DNA of 64,000 nt from Polaribacter sp. (lineage in GTDB: Bacteria > Bacteroidota > Bacteroidia > Flavobacteriales > Flavobacteriaceae): positions 2,342 through 66,341 of the forward strand of contig JBDNBB010000010.1 in assembly GCA_039768135.1 (NCBI GenBank), given 5' to 3'. Numbering within the stretch: the stretch's first letter is position 1; each line of letters opens with the position of its first letter. The notes under the pieces were generated by a model that made no database searches, was not told the DNA's origin, and was given only the letters and a program-made list of their open reading frames with translations. Position numbers and translations under genes: made by a program. Below are positions 36,701 through 47,104 of this stretch, piece after piece.

Positions 36701-39700
36701 CCCTCATCACCTTCTAAGTGCATGAACATTTTAAGGTTTTTGAATCGTCTTAAATCTACACTTATATTTTTATAGATAGCTCTTGTTTTTCCGGGTTCTA
36801 AATTCGTTACTTTTAAAGTTACAGACTGTTCGTTTTGGAGTTGAACGGTAGTACTTCCTTGTAGTCTTTCCCTTTCTATTCCTGGAGGTTGAATATAACT
36901 TCCGTTATTTTGCTCTATACTTACGACACCTACTTCAAAATTTTCCAATTCTTCTTGTGTTAAAGCTCTATCTGGATTTATAGCTGGGTCTATGGTTCTT
37001 ACATAACGTCTGTAATCTCCTCTAACCAAATCTAACTCTCCAAAACGAAGTACAACAGGCATTTTAAAATTAGTAACATACATTCTAATAAAACGAATGC
37101 TATTAAAATCTGTAATGCCATTTACAGGTTTACCGTTTCTAATAGGAACTCTAAATTGGTACCACTTGGTTTCTTGTGAATCGCCATTTTCGAGAGTAAC
37201 CGAAGTTGTTTTTTCGTCTACAATAAAGTTTCTTCCTTTTTGTAAATCGTTCCTATTCATAGAAATCTGATATTCGAAAAAGCTCTCTACAGTATTCATG
37301 GTCTGATCTCTGTTGATATCTTCTACATCAGGATAAGTTGTAGAAGAGGTAGGGTATGTTTCTGGAGATTGATTTAAGGTAGGTGAGTTTCCTTGAGTGT
37401 TATTAAAATCTTTATACCTTTTTATGATTGATGCATTTATACCATCTAATGAACTTCCTCTAAAAAATTGAAAGTCGTCTGCTGCTGGATCTGATAAATT
37501 GGAGAATTTAGAGGCAATATTTGGCAAGCTTTTTTCTTCGTCATTATTCAATCCGTCAAAGCCTAAATCTTGGTTGGTTCTTGCAATATCTTCTTCACTA
37601 AAAGCATAAATTATTGAGGGGTTTCTAGGAACATCTCCCCAGATAGTACTATTTACATTTACCCCATCAATTTTAGCGCCATCTTCTGGTAAACCATTCT
37701 CAAACATTTTACGGTTGTCTTTGGTAATGTCTTCTGAAATATTACCAAGATTTATGAATAAATCACCAACTTGATTGGAAAGGTCGTTTGGATTAATACC
37801 TGTAGGCAAACCTTCCTCTTCAGTTAAAGAATAATTTTGATACGGATCCATAATCCAAAATTGAATATACTCAACATTAGCCTGATCGAAATTATTTGTA
37901 TTTAGAGGACGCATTATTCCACCCCAATTACTTTCCGGATTTGGTAAAATAGCTTTATCTCCTTGTATTATTGCATTAGGGTTATAGTTGTAAGAGCCTC
38001 TTTCTTCTGGGAAATAAGCTAAATCTAGTGTTCTTATTTGAGTGTTTTGTGTAATGTCAAACTGTTGATTTGGGAATAGTTCGTTAAAATTAATTTGCCT
38101 TGTTTCTGCTCTAGACAAATCATCTGCATTTATACTTGGTGGTGTTTCTCCGAAACCATAAAATATTTGATCAATACTATACCAAGCTAATTTTCCTCTT
38201 TTATAATTGTATGATAAATCACTACTAGCGCCATTAAATCGGTCATTAGATTGGTTTTTTGGAGTACTAGCTTCATACCAATCTAAAGCAGATAACAAAC
38301 TTATAGGTACTTGAGAAGCTTCAAAATCGTCTATATAAGAAGTTGCTGCACCTGCAACATCAATACCACTTGGTGTTCCTGGTAATAAGTAAGCCATGTC
38401 TGCTCTTACAGAAATATTAGAGGCAACATCTGTATCTACAAAGGGTAATTTGTTGGCCAATTTTGTAAAGTATGGTACCTCTGAAGAAAAATCTATATTT
38501 AAACCAAGCATGGTGTTATTAATTGGTTCAGAACCAAAATTTATTTTTGGAGTTAGAGGCCTCTCCATAACATTTAATACAGTGGCTCCTAGAACAAAAT
38601 TTTCTGAAAATTGATGTTCAACATCAATTCCCATAAAGGTTTTTCTTTGTTGGTTAAAAACAGCATTATTTTCTGTTGAAACACTTATAGGTGTTCCACT
38701 TGCTTGTAGACCTGGGTCTATAATTTGTACACGTCCTTGTAAGTAATCTACTACAAAATCTACCCCTTCTACCAATTGCCTTCCGCCAGCTGTAACTGTT
38801 ACAGAACCTTGGGGTACATTAAATGCACCAATAGGAATACCACCTGCACTTTCTGATTTAAAGTATCCTTTTAAAAAGTACTTGTCCTTTGCTTGAAAGT
38901 TATTTTGAATATTAATTTTTGTATTTAAATACAATTCTTTGAAGAGAAACTGTTTGTCTAAGTTTTCATCTAAACCAATATCATTTGGATCAGATGGGTC
39001 CAAAATTAAATCGTTTCCAAAAGGCTCAGGCTCAGGAAAAATAATATAGCCGTTAGGTGAATTTACTGTAATACCCTCTACGTAATCGAAAAAACCGTCT
39101 GCAGTTCTAAATTGACTTTGATCTAATTGATCTAAATTTAAAACTTGTATTAAGGGAGTATTCGGAATATTGGGTGTATTGGCATTTTGTAAAATATTAG
39201 AGGCAATACCTGTTTGATCGTCTCTATATTGTATTTCAAATCTAAATCCGTCTCTACTTAATGGATATGCACCTAGAGCATAAATGTTTTTCATCATTAA
39301 CCTCCACGTAGGGAAAGCCTCTGCTTCATTTGTTTGGGTATTTTGTCTTACTGTTTGTAAAACTTCAGAACGCAATAATTTAACCGCTAAGTTTTGAGGG
39401 GCTTGGATACCATCATTAGAGAATTCTCCTACTTTAAATGATTTTTCTGTACTACCTGTTACAGAGCCAGCCACTGTATATTCGTAAGCTACAGCTAAAA
39501 CTTCTCCATCGTTTAAACGTCTGTTTAAGGAAATGTACCCTAGCTTAGAGTTTAAATTATATTCATTTGTAGTTAATTTCCGTGCGTTTTCTAAAATAGA
39601 GTAATCTGTACCTTGCTCCATTTGAAATTGAGATTGCAAGGTGTTATCTACATTAGAGACATCTCTTATGCCACTTAAAATAGTAGGACTATAAATAGAG

Positions 39701-40902
39701 TTTGCATTGTTTTGAGGTAAATAAAATGTGTCTCCATTAGTAGTAATTCCGACTGGATTTACTGGCTGGACTGTATTTTTATCATCTACTAAGTTTTGAT
39801 AACCACTACTTGGTCTATTCAATTCACCTAAATCTGCAAGTGCAACAATACTTCTAAAGTCTTCTGTAGTTGCGTTTCTATTAGTGATCCAGACTTCAAT
39901 TCTAGTAATGTTTACTTGACTACTAACCAGTGGGTATTGTTTTAATGAATTGGCATAATTGTCTATGAAAAACTGAGATAAGAAAAAATGACGATCATTA
40001 TCATAATCTGTAGTTCTTAACTCGAACTCTTGTATGGAAGCTCCAGCCTCAGCTACTACTGTTTTACTTTCTGAATTCTGTTGAGAAAATATACCAGTAA
40101 CAGTAGTTTTACCAAATTGTAATTTTGCTTTTACTCCAAATAGACTTTGTGCTCCGTTTATTAATGAGTTTTTTATTGGCATAGAAACATTACCTGCCTC
40201 TATTCCTTGCAATATGTCGTCTTCTGTTGGTTTGTAATCTACTTTTACTAGGTTTTGAAAATCGAAACTTGCCTGTGTATCATAGTTTGCAGTAAACTCT
40301 AGTCGCTCACCAACTTTTGCTCTTATGCTTGCGTTAATTTGTTGGTCAAAATCGAAAGTAAAACTACTTCTATTTTCTTCTGAAATTTGAGGGTTTTCTG
40401 TATTTTGATAAATAAAACCAAGTTTTAAGTTTAAGTTTCCTGTAGGAGTAAATTCAATTTTATTCCCCCCAAAAATAGTTTCAAAAAATTTTGAATTTAC
40501 ATAATAGCTTGGGAGTAAGTCTTTTTGCGCCTCTGCTGATCCTTTTTTCTTACTATTTGTAGCACTTACCTTTTCTTTAAAATATTGAAGCATATCTCTT
40601 TTTAATCGATATGCCTGGTATTCTTTTTGCGTTAAATAAATAGGTGTTTTTGTATAATAATCCCCAATTTTTTCGAGTATTACATATTTATTGAGTGCTT
40701 TATCAAAAATTACTTCTTTTTTTGCTAAATCATCTAAGAACAATCCACCTTTTTGAGTGTATTTAAAATCATACTTAAGCTGTAAAGTATCATTTTTTAT
40801 TTCTAGAGAATCTTTTTCACGGTTGTTTTGTCCTTGTAAAGAAAAACAGATTACAAAGGTAAATATGGTGTAAAAAGCTGTGTTTTTTAATAACTTATGC
40901 AA
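33775..40902 (-). CDS. sprA: T9SS outer membrane translocon SprA (Sov)
   Basis: 2375 aa; FDFDQQI, GNVSMP, SYIDDFE and WFNELR motifs; ruvA-sprA-gcvH synteny. Confidence 0.95.
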   Translation of the reverse strand: MHKLLKNTAFYTIFTFVICFSLQGQNNREKDSLEIKNDTLQLKYDFKYTQKGGLFLDDLAKKEVIFDKALNKYVILEKIGDYYTKTPIYLTQKEYQAYRLKRDMLQYFKEKVSATNSKKKGSAEAQKDLLPSYYVNSKFFETIFGGNKIEFTPTGNLNLKLGFIYQNTENPQISEENRSSFTFDFDQQINASIRAKVGERLEFTANYDTQASFDFQNLVKVDYKPTEDDILQGIEAGNVSMPIKNSLINGAQSLFGVKAKLQFGKTTVTGIFSQQNSESKTVVAEAGASIQEFELRTTDYDNDRHFFLSQFFIDNYANSLKQYPLVSSQVNITRIEVWITNRNATTEDFRSIVALADLGELNRPSSGYQNLVDDKNTVQPVNPVGITTNGDTFYLPQNNANSIYSPTILSGIRDVSNVDNTLQSQFQMEQGTDYSILENARKLTTNEYNLNSKLGYISLNRRLNDGEVLAVAYEYTVAGSVTGSTEKSFKVGEFSNDGIQAPQNLAVKLLRSEVLQTVRQNTQTNEAEAFPTWRLMMKNIYALGAYPLSRDGFRFEIQYRDDQTGIASNILQNANTPNIPNTPLIQVLNLDQLDQSQFRTADGFFDYVEGITVNSPNGYIIFPEPEPFGNDLILDPSDPNDIGLDENLDKQFLFKELYLNTKINIQNNFQAKDKYFLKGYFKSESAGGIPIGAFNVPQGSVTVTAGGRQLVEGVDFVVDYLQGRVQIIDPGLQASGTPISVSTENNAVFNQQRKTFMGIDVEHQFSENFVLGATVLNVMERPLTPKINFGSEPINNTMLGLNIDFSSEVPYFTKLANKLPFVDTDVASNISVRADMAYLLPGTPSGIDVAGAATSYIDDFEASQVPISLLSALDWYEASTPKNQSNDRFNGASSDLSYNYKRGKLAWYSIDQIFYGFGETPPSINADDLSRAETRQINFNELFPNQQFDITQNTQIRTLDLAYFPEERGSYNYNPNAIIQGDKAILPNPESNWGGIMRPLNTNNFDQANVEYIQFWIMDPYQNYSLTEEEGLPTGINPNDLSNQVGDLFINLGNISEDITKDNRKMFENGLPEDGAKIDGVNVNSTIWGDVPRNPSIIYAFSEEDIARTNQDLGFDGLNNDEEKSLPNIASKFSNLSDPAADDFQFFRGSSLDGINASIIKRYKDFNNTQGNSPTLNQSPETYPTSSTTYPDVEDINRDQTMNTVESFFEYQISMNRNDLQKGRNFIVDEKTTSVTLENGDSQETKWYQFRVPIRNGKPVNGITDFNSIRFIRMYVTNFKMPVVLRFGELDLVRGDYRRYVRTIDPAINPDRALTQEELENFEVGVVSIEQNNGSYIQPPGIERERLQGSTTVQLQNEQSVTLKVTNLEPGKTRAIYKNISVDLRRFKNLKMFMHLEGDEGFSGVIRLGTDLNDNYYEVALPLTISSGGTSQLDIWPEANNLNALLETFGKVKLERDAIGAPINELYTSNTQTTDVPYTISVKGNPTSAQIRTILLGLKNTTNVNRTGEIWFNELRAAGFDNDAGWAAVLNADANFADVANVSVSGSIQTIGFGNVEDRVNQRSLDETKEYDVSTTLNLGKVITPEKWGVQLPMTYSVGEKFIDPKFDPQYQDVLLEDAISQNPNSEFSRDYTKRTSISFINVRKNRNPNSTKKPRFYDIENIAVSYAHNKEFHRDYNIEKYINENVTASATYNYKFNSSPIELFKNSEKFKNKYWRFIKDLNINPVPSIIALNSRINRSYNEQQSRNLVQGLSAQPELVQRRFLFDWDYTIGFNLTKSIDLNFNATNNYIYDAFGSGEELQIFDNFFNTGNANQYHQKLNGTYQLPFDKFPFLSFIKADYGYTADFDWQVQSQDETISTQIGNVIQNANTHNLNTTFSFDKMYKNVGFEKLLLTKQQRKLAKENKNARIKPKKNLPTGKKILKLSWDLLTAVKQATVSYSENNGQYLQGYDQEIGFLGGAPTSFAFGSQVDIRNKALTNGWLVTPRALVDDPNTNIDESAFYNKTYSRTHYNKLDYNFTLKPLRDLNIDVRGNKIKTSDLSQQLDIVADGSENGFIDFDIDAFETGNFSTSYSMFGTAFTNGDALFEKMKEYRSTIKNRFVSENPNANPDGFGENSQQVLLPAFLAAYSGKNPNTIATGLFRNIPIPNWTLRYNGLMKLKWFKKNFSTFIISHGYRSSYTLSSFTNNLKYKDATKFTNVNAAGNFEAERLVGAATLVDEFSPLIKLDMKMKNSFSVRGEVKRDRTLTMNFNNSTLTDIAGTEYIFGVGYVFKDVKMNTRFTGKKTTLKGDINLRADISLRDNLTQIRYIDEDNNQISGGQRLFSIKFVADYRLSSSLTASFYYNHQTSKYAISTTFPRQAINGGINIIYNLGGN

Positions 40903-40906
40903 CTGA

Positions 40907-41488
40907 TTATAAGTTTTTTAATGCGAGTTTTATAATATTTTCTACAGAAGCCTCCGGGTCTTCTTTTAAAACAGAGGTAACTACTTTGTCAGATTGTTTT
41001 CTATTAAAACCTAACACTTCTAATGCAGATAACGCTTCATCTTTGTTTGTATTGCTTGTGATAACAGAAATTTCGTCCATAGCAAAGGTATTTAAGATCT
41101 TATCTTTTAAGTCTACAATAACACGTTGTGCTGTTTTTGCTCCAATTCCTTTTACAGATTGAATTACAGCTACATTTTCTGAAGCTATGGCTTGTTGTAT
41201 CTCTGCTGAATTCATAGAAGAGCACATGGTTCTTGCAATACTTGGACCAACTCCTGAAACTGAAATTAAAAGTTTAAAGACTTCTCTCTCAGTTTTATTG
41301 ATAAATCCAAACAAAGTATGAGCATCTTCCCTAATAGATAGATGTGTGTACAGAATTACGTTTTCATCTTCAGATAAACTAGAAAAAGTATTTAATGAAA
41401 TATGAAGTAAGTAGCCAACTCCATTACAATCTACGACAACCTCTGTTGGACTTTTTTCAACTAATCTTCCTCTAATTTGTGTGATCAT
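40907..41488 (-). CDS. ruvA: Holliday junction branch migration protein RuvA
   Basis: GVGY, REDAHTLFGF and GIGAKTAQRVIVDLK motifs. Confidence 0.97.
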   Translation of the reverse strand: MITQIRGRLVEKSPTEVVVDCNGVGYLLHISLNTFSSLSEDENVILYTHLSIREDAHTLFGFINKTEREVFKLLISVSGVGPSIARTMCSSMNSAEIQQAIASENVAVIQSVKGIGAKTAQRVIVDLKDKILNTFAMDEISVITSNTNKDEALSALEVLGFNRKQSDKVVTSVLKEDPEASVENIIKLALKNL

Positions 41489-41499
41489 AGTTTTGTTCT

Positions 41500-43773
41500 T
41501 TATTTCTTTTCTCGTTGTTGTGCATCTACACAGGCTAAGGCTGCCATGTTTACCATTTCATCTACGCTTGCCCCTAACTGAACAATATGTGCTGCCTTAC
41601 TTAACCCTAGAATTACAGGACCAATAGATTCAGCTCCCTGTGTTTCTTTTAAAAGTTTATAGGTAATATTTGCCGATTCTAGATTTGGGAAAATTAAAAC
41701 ATTTACTTTTTTTCCATTCAATTTTGAAAACGGAAATTCTTTGGCTAGCATTTCTGGATTTAAAGCAAAATCAGCTTGAATTTCTCCGTCTACAATAGCG
41801 TTTGGGAAATTACGATGAATATATGAAACGGCTTCTCTAATTTTTTGAGAAGATTCGCTTTTTGTAGATCCAAAGTTAGAAAAAGAAAGCATGGCTGTGT
41901 TAGGCTTCATTCCAAACATCTTTACCAAATTAGATGTCATTTGAGAGATTTTCACCAAATCTTTTGCTGTAGGGTTTACATTTATAGTAGTGTCTGCCAA
42001 AAATATAGGTCCTTGCTTGGTTAGCATTAAGTTACATGCTGCTATTTTAGAAGTGCCATTGTCTCTTGGAATAGATTCTAATATTGGTCTTACAGCTGTT
42101 GGGTAAGGTCTTGAATAACCCGTTATTAAAGCATCAGCCTCTCCAACATTAACCATCATAGCAGCAAAATAATTACGCTCTCGCATTAATTTTTTTGCCT
42201 CTGTTAGTGTTCTTCCTTTGCGTTGTCTTGTTTGCCAATATGCCAATCCAAAACGCTCTCTTCTATCGTTCTCTTCATCTGTTTTAGGATCAAAAATTGG
42301 TACTTCTTCTGTAAAACCAATTTCTTCTTTTAATTCAAGAATTAATTCCTTTCTACCCAATAAAATAGGTAGCCCTAGTTTTTCTTCCTGTATTCTTTGT
42401 GCTGCTTTTAAGACATCTAAATGATCTGCTTCAGCAAAAACAATTCGTTTTTTATTTCTTTTAGCTCTATTGTGAATTTGCCTGATTTCTTTACTTCCAG
42501 AACCAGAACGCTCCATTAATTCTTCTCTGTACGCATTCCAATCTGTAATAGGCTCTAAAGCTACACCAGACTCCATTGCTGCTTTTGCAATTGCTGGTGG
42601 AATTTCATAAATTAACCTCGGGTCAAAAGGTTTTGGGATAATATATTCTTTTCCGAAATTTAAACTTACTTCATCATAAACAATATTTACTTGCTCTGGG
42701 ACTGATTTTTTTGCTAGATCTGCAAGTGCATGAACTGCGGCTAGCTTCATAGCTTCATTAATTTTTGTTGCTCTTACGTCTAAAGCACCTCTAAAAATAA
42801 ATGGAAAACCAAGCACATTGTTTACTTGGTTAGGATGATCAGATCTACCTGTTGCCATTATAATATCATCTCTAGTTGCTATAGCTAAGTCATACTCTAT
42901 TTCTGGAACAGGGTTTGCCATAGCAAAAACAATTGGGTTTTTTGCCATAGATAAAAGCATGTCTGGAGTAACAATATTCCCTGTAGAGAGGCCTATAAAA
43001 ACGTCTGCGTTCTGCATAGCTTCTTCTAAAGTATGTACCTCTTTAGAGGTCGCAAATTCAGCTTTTTGAGAAGTTAGATTATCTCTATCTTTTCTGATAA
43101 CCCCTTTACTATCACACATGATGATATTTTCTCTAACTACACCTAGCTCTAAGTATAGACGTGTACATGATATGGCTGCAGCACCTGCGCCGTTCACAAT
43201 TATTTTTAATTTAGAAATATCTTTCTCCGAGATTTCTACAGCATTTTTTAATGCAGCTGCTGAAATAATAGCAGTACCATGCTGATCATCATGCATTACA
43301 GGAATGTCTAGTTCTTCTTTTAAACGAGTTTCTATTTCAAAAGCCTCTGGAGCTTTAATATCTTCTAAATTAATACCTCCAAATGTTGGAGCAATCGCTT
43401 TTACAGTCTCAATAAATTTATCTACATCTGTAGCATCTACCTCAATGTCAAAAACATCAATATCTGCAAATATTTTAAAAAGAAGTCCTTTTCCTTCCAT
43501 TACAGGTTTAGAGGCTTCTGGACCAATATCTCCTAACCCTAAAACAGCAGTTCCGTTAGAAATTACAGCAACTAAATTTCCTTTAGATGTGTATTTATAA
43601 ATATTGTTTTTATCTTTTGCAATTTCTAAACAAGGCTCTGCAACACCTGGGGAGTAGGCCAATGCTAAATCGTGTTGAGTAGCATACTTTTTTGTAGGTA
43701 CAACTGCAATTTTACCAGGCTTTGGTTTTGCGTGGTATAGCAAAGCTTCGTGTCTTTTTCTTGAATTGCTCAT
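41500..43773 (-). CDS. maeB: NADP-dependent malic enzyme with PTA domain
   Basis: AYSPGVA, INLEDI, HDDQHGTA, GRSDHPNQVNN and C-terminal DGEIQAD. Confidence 0.96.
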   Translation of the reverse strand: MSNSRKRHEALLYHAKPKPGKIAVVPTKKYATQHDLALAYSPGVAEPCLEIAKDKNNIYKYTSKGNLVAVISNGTAVLGLGDIGPEASKPVMEGKGLLFKIFADIDVFDIEVDATDVDKFIETVKAIAPTFGGINLEDIKAPEAFEIETRLKEELDIPVMHDDQHGTAIISAAALKNAVEISEKDISKLKIIVNGAGAAAISCTRLYLELGVVRENIIMCDSKGVIRKDRDNLTSQKAEFATSKEVHTLEEAMQNADVFIGLSTGNIVTPDMLLSMAKNPIVFAMANPVPEIEYDLAIATRDDIIMATGRSDHPNQVNNVLGFPFIFRGALDVRATKINEAMKLAAVHALADLAKKSVPEQVNIVYDEVSLNFGKEYIIPKPFDPRLIYEIPPAIAKAAMESGVALEPITDWNAYREELMERSGSGSKEIRQIHNRAKRNKKRIVFAEADHLDVLKAAQRIQEEKLGLPILLGRKELILELKEEIGFTEEVPIFDPKTDEENDRRERFGLAYWQTRQRKGRTLTEAKKLMRERNYFAAMMVNVGEADALITGYSRPYPTAVRPILESIPRDNGTSKIAACNLMLTKQGPIFLADTTINVNPTAKDLVKISQMTSNLVKMFGMKPNTAMLSFSNFGSTKSESSQKIREAVSYIHRNFPNAIVDGEIQADFALNPEMLAKEFPFSKLNGKKVNVLIFPNLESANITYKLLKETQGAESIGPVILGLSKAAHIVQLGASVDEMVNMAALACVDAQQREKK

Positions 43774-43969
43774 AAATACTTATTTCCTTATTTAATCATA
43801 CAAATATATACTTTTCAGTGTAAGCTTTATAAATTGTTTTCTATTCTTTTTACAACGAAACCTTTTTGTAAAGTATTGTTTAAAGATCCCAAAAACAATC
43901 TGTTAAACTTGTCGTTCTAGCTTAAATTAAAATTGAAAAAACAGGTTTAACAATTTTTAAAGGTTTTCT

Positions 43970-43997
43970 TGTAACATTACCAGTATGTTTGCGTCTA
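43970..43997 (+). promoter_or_regulatory. ECF-sigma-like promoter TGTAAC-N16-CGTCTA
   Basis: 17 nt upstream of the 44015 start. Confidence 0.6.
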
Positions 43998-44014
43998 TAG
44001 AATAAAATATTTGA

Positions 44015-46489
44015 ATGAAAAAAAATCTCTTTTTCCTTTTCTTAACTGCAGCTTTTTACTGTAGCGCCCAAGTTAAGGGGGTTGTAACTGATATTAATAA
44101 TCAGCCTCTTTCTTTTGTGAGTATTTATCTTGATAAGACAGTAAATGGCACAACCTCTAATGATAATGGGGTTTACGAATTAACTATTAAAGAGCCAGGT
44201 AATTACACGCTTGTTTTTCAAATGCTAGGTTTTAAAACAATAAAGAAGTCAATTACTATTTCAGAATTACCTTATTATTTGAATGTAACTTTAGAGGAGG
44301 AGAGTGTTTCCTTAAGTGGAATTTCTATTGTTACGAGTCAGAATCCTGCAAATATAATTATCAGTAATGTAATTGCTAATAAAGAAATTAATACAAATAA
44401 ATTCGCTAATTATACTGCAAAATTTTACTCTAGAGGACTTACAAGAATTAAAGAAGCGCCAGAAAAATTTCTTGGGCAAAGTACTGGAGATTTTGGAGGG
44501 GGTTTAGATACGACTAGAAGTGGAATCATTTATTTGTCAGAGACATTTTCTGATATTTCTTTTCAAAAAAAACCGAAAAGATTTAAAGAAAAAATAATAG
44601 CTTCCAAGGTTTCTGGAGAAGATAATGGTGTGAGTTTTAATAGGGCAGAGGATTCTAATGTTGATCTTTACGAAAACAGTATTGCAATTTTTAATGATTT
44701 GGTTTCTCCAATTTCTTCAAACGCATTTGGGTACTACACTTACAAATTAGAAGGTAGTTTTTACGATTCAAATAACAGGTTAATTAATAAAATAAAAGTA
44801 ATACCTAAAAGGAAAAACGACCGAGTTTTTAAAGGGTATATTTATATTGTAGAAGATGATTGGGCTATATATGGTTGCGATTTAACAACCACTGGGCTTC
44901 AAGTAAATCTTCCTTTTGTAAACTCTTTAGGGCTAAAACAAGGCTATGCTTATTCCCCTATGATAGAAGGCTGGGTGCTAATTAGTCAGTCCATAACTTT
45001 TGATATTTCTATTTTTGGATTTAAACCAAGAGGAAAATTTTCTTACGTATATTCTGATTATAATTTTTCTCCAAATTTTACTGAAAGCACGTTTAAGAAT
45101 GAGGTATTAACTTTCGAGAAAAATGCTACAAAAAAAGATACTATTTTTTGGAACACATTAAGGCCAGTATCCTTAACAAAAGAGGAGGTAAATGATTACA
45201 AAGTAAAAGATAGTATAAAAGTTGTTCGAAAATCAAAAAAATACTTAGACTCACTAGATGCCAAAAATAATTTATTCAGTTGGTCTAATCCTTTATTAGG
45301 GTATACTTATAATAACTCTTACAAGAACAGAGCTCTCTCTTACAGTGGTCCTCTTTTGGGGTTAAGTTTTAACACAGTGCAAGGTTTAAATGGTTCTTTT
45401 GGATTGAGTTATTTTGAAGAACTGAATAAAACGGGTAAATGGTGGCTTGTTTCGGCAAATGCTAACTATGGTTTTTCAGAACGTAAATTAAGACCTGTTA
45501 TTTCATTTTCTAAAAAATGGAATAACATTTCAAAACCAAGGTTAACAATTTCGGGAGGTATAACAACAGCGCAATTCAATGGGAGAAATCCAATTAAAAA
45601 GTTGGACAATTTAATACGGACGTTAACAAGGAGATTAAATTACATGAAAATTTATGAAAAGGAATTTGTAAGAATTGACTTTTCTGAGGAGATTACTAAT
45701 GGAGTTTATTTATCATCGTCTTTAGAGTATGCAAATAGAAAACCACTTTTTAATACTACAAATTATTCTTTTGCAAGACAGAGTAAAAATGATCCTTACA
45801 CCTCTAATAATCCTCTAGAACCAAAAAACTTTAACAGTTCTGTCTTTACATCTCATAAAATAGCAACTTTAAATATTGGAGCTTCTTTTGCTTTTGGGCA
45901 GAAATACTTGTCTTACCCAGATAGAAAGGTTAACGTCGGTAATCGTAAATATCCACAACTTAATTTAAATTTCAGAAAAACGTTTGGTGCACAAAATGAC
46001 GAATTTAATTCAGATTTAATTACAGCTAGCTTAACTCAGAATTTAAATACAGGCAATTATGGTGATTTTTTCTATTATTTAAGAGCAGGAGTCTTCTTGG
46101 AAAAGAAAAATATTGCGTTTATGGATAACTTGCAGGTAAAAGGCAATCAAATGTTTATTGTAACTGATAGTAATCGTAAAAATAATTTTGGTTTATTAGA
46201 GTATTATCGTTTTTTTTCAAATAACAAATATGCAGAAGCACATGTAGAGCATAATTTTAAAGGAGCTCTTTTAGCAAAAATTCCAGTACTTAATACTTTA
46301 AACTATCATATAATTACAAGTGCCAAAACAATGTATATGTCAGATACAAAACAGTATTCTGAAGTTGCTATCGGTTTAGAGAATATCGGTTTTGGGAAAT
46401 GGCGATTCTTAAGAGTAGATTATATTAAATCATTTCATGATGGTATTCAGAATGATGGTTTATTATTAGGCTTTAATTTAACCTTTTAA
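44015..46489 (+). CDS. Outer membrane protein with N-terminal carboxypeptidase-regulatory-like domain and DUF5686-type barrel
   Basis: VKGVVTD..NQPLSFVSI, IIYLSET, VSPIS..AF.YY.YKL motifs; terminal Phe. Confidence 0.8.
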   Translation: MKKNLFFLFLTAAFYCSAQVKGVVTDINNQPLSFVSIYLDKTVNGTTSNDNGVYELTIKEPGNYTLVFQMLGFKTIKKSITISELPYYLNVTLEEESVSLSGISIVTSQNPANIIISNVIANKEINTNKFANYTAKFYSRGLTRIKEAPEKFLGQSTGDFGGGLDTTRSGIIYLSETFSDISFQKKPKRFKEKIIASKVSGEDNGVSFNRAEDSNVDLYENSIAIFNDLVSPISSNAFGYYTYKLEGSFYDSNNRLINKIKVIPKRKNDRVFKGYIYIVEDDWAIYGCDLTTTGLQVNLPFVNSLGLKQGYAYSPMIEGWVLISQSITFDISIFGFKPRGKFSYVYSDYNFSPNFTESTFKNEVLTFEKNATKKDTIFWNTLRPVSLTKEEVNDYKVKDSIKVVRKSKKYLDSLDAKNNLFSWSNPLLGYTYNNSYKNRALSYSGPLLGLSFNTVQGLNGSFGLSYFEELNKTGKWWLVSANANYGFSERKLRPVISFSKKWNNISKPRLTISGGITTAQFNGRNPIKKLDNLIRTLTRRLNYMKIYEKEFVRIDFSEEITNGVYLSSSLEYANRKPLFNTTNYSFARQSKNDPYTSNNPLEPKNFNSSVFTSHKIATLNIGASFAFGQKYLSYPDRKVNVGNRKYPQLNLNFRKTFGAQNDEFNSDLITASLTQNLNTGNYGDFFYYLRAGVFLEKKNIAFMDNLQVKGNQMFIVTDSNRKNNFGLLEYYRFFSNNKYAEAHVEHNFKGALLAKIPVLNTLNYHIITSAKTMYMSDTKQYSEVAIGLENIGFGKWRFLRVDYIKSFHDGIQNDGLLLGFNLTF

Positions 46490-46504
46490 TTTTTTTTGTA
46501 AACT

Positions 46505-46747
46505 ATGACATTAAAAGTACTTTTTTTCGGAATAACAAGAGATTTAATAGGAGCTAATGAAACCACTATGAATCTACAACAAAAAACTACAGTAGCTGAT
46601 TTTAAAAAAGCTTTAAAAAAAAGTTATCCTGTTCTAGAAAAATTAAATTCGTATGCAATTGCTGTTAACGAAGTATATGCAGAAGATTCACTAAAGTTAA
46701 ATTCAACAGATATTATCGCTATAATTCCTCCAGTAAGTGGCGGGTAA
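46505..46747 (+). CDS. moaD: MoaD/ThiS sulfur carrier
   Basis: C-terminal IPPVSGG. Confidence 0.9.
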   Translation: MTLKVLFFGITRDLIGANETTMNLQQKTTVADFKKALKKSYPVLEKLNSYAIAVNEVYAEDSLKLNSTDIIAIIPPVSGG

Positions 46748-47020
46748 TTAACGTAAATATTTTTTATCAACAAAAAAAGTACCAAAAGGAATTATTGCGC
46801 AAATTAAGACGATTCCCAGATCTTTTAGATTCCATTTCATTTGTTTTTTAATCACGATAGCAAATACAATATATAACATAAATAAAATGCCATGTGGCAT
46901 GCCTAATAGCTTAACGTAAGAGCTGTCTCCTTGTGTGTATTTAATTGGTGTTGCAATAAACAGTAAAAGCAAGTAAGAAACCCCTTCTAGAAAGCTAATT
47001 AATCTAAATAGTTTTATCAT
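46748..47020 (-). CDS. DUF3817 small membrane protein
   Basis: EGVSYLLLL, GMPHGILF and IPFGTF motifs; start moved to ATG 47020. Confidence 0.85.
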   Translation of the reverse strand: MIKLFRLISFLEGVSYLLLLFIATPIKYTQGDSSYVKLLGMPHGILFMLYIVFAIVIKKQMKWNLKDLGIVLICAIIPFGTFFVDKKYLR

Positions 47021-47104
47021 TTCTTTAAGAATGTTTAATTTAAAACAAAGATACATTACGAATTTGTATTTTTGTTTTTCTAACACGATGAGTTTATAAA
47101 ATTT

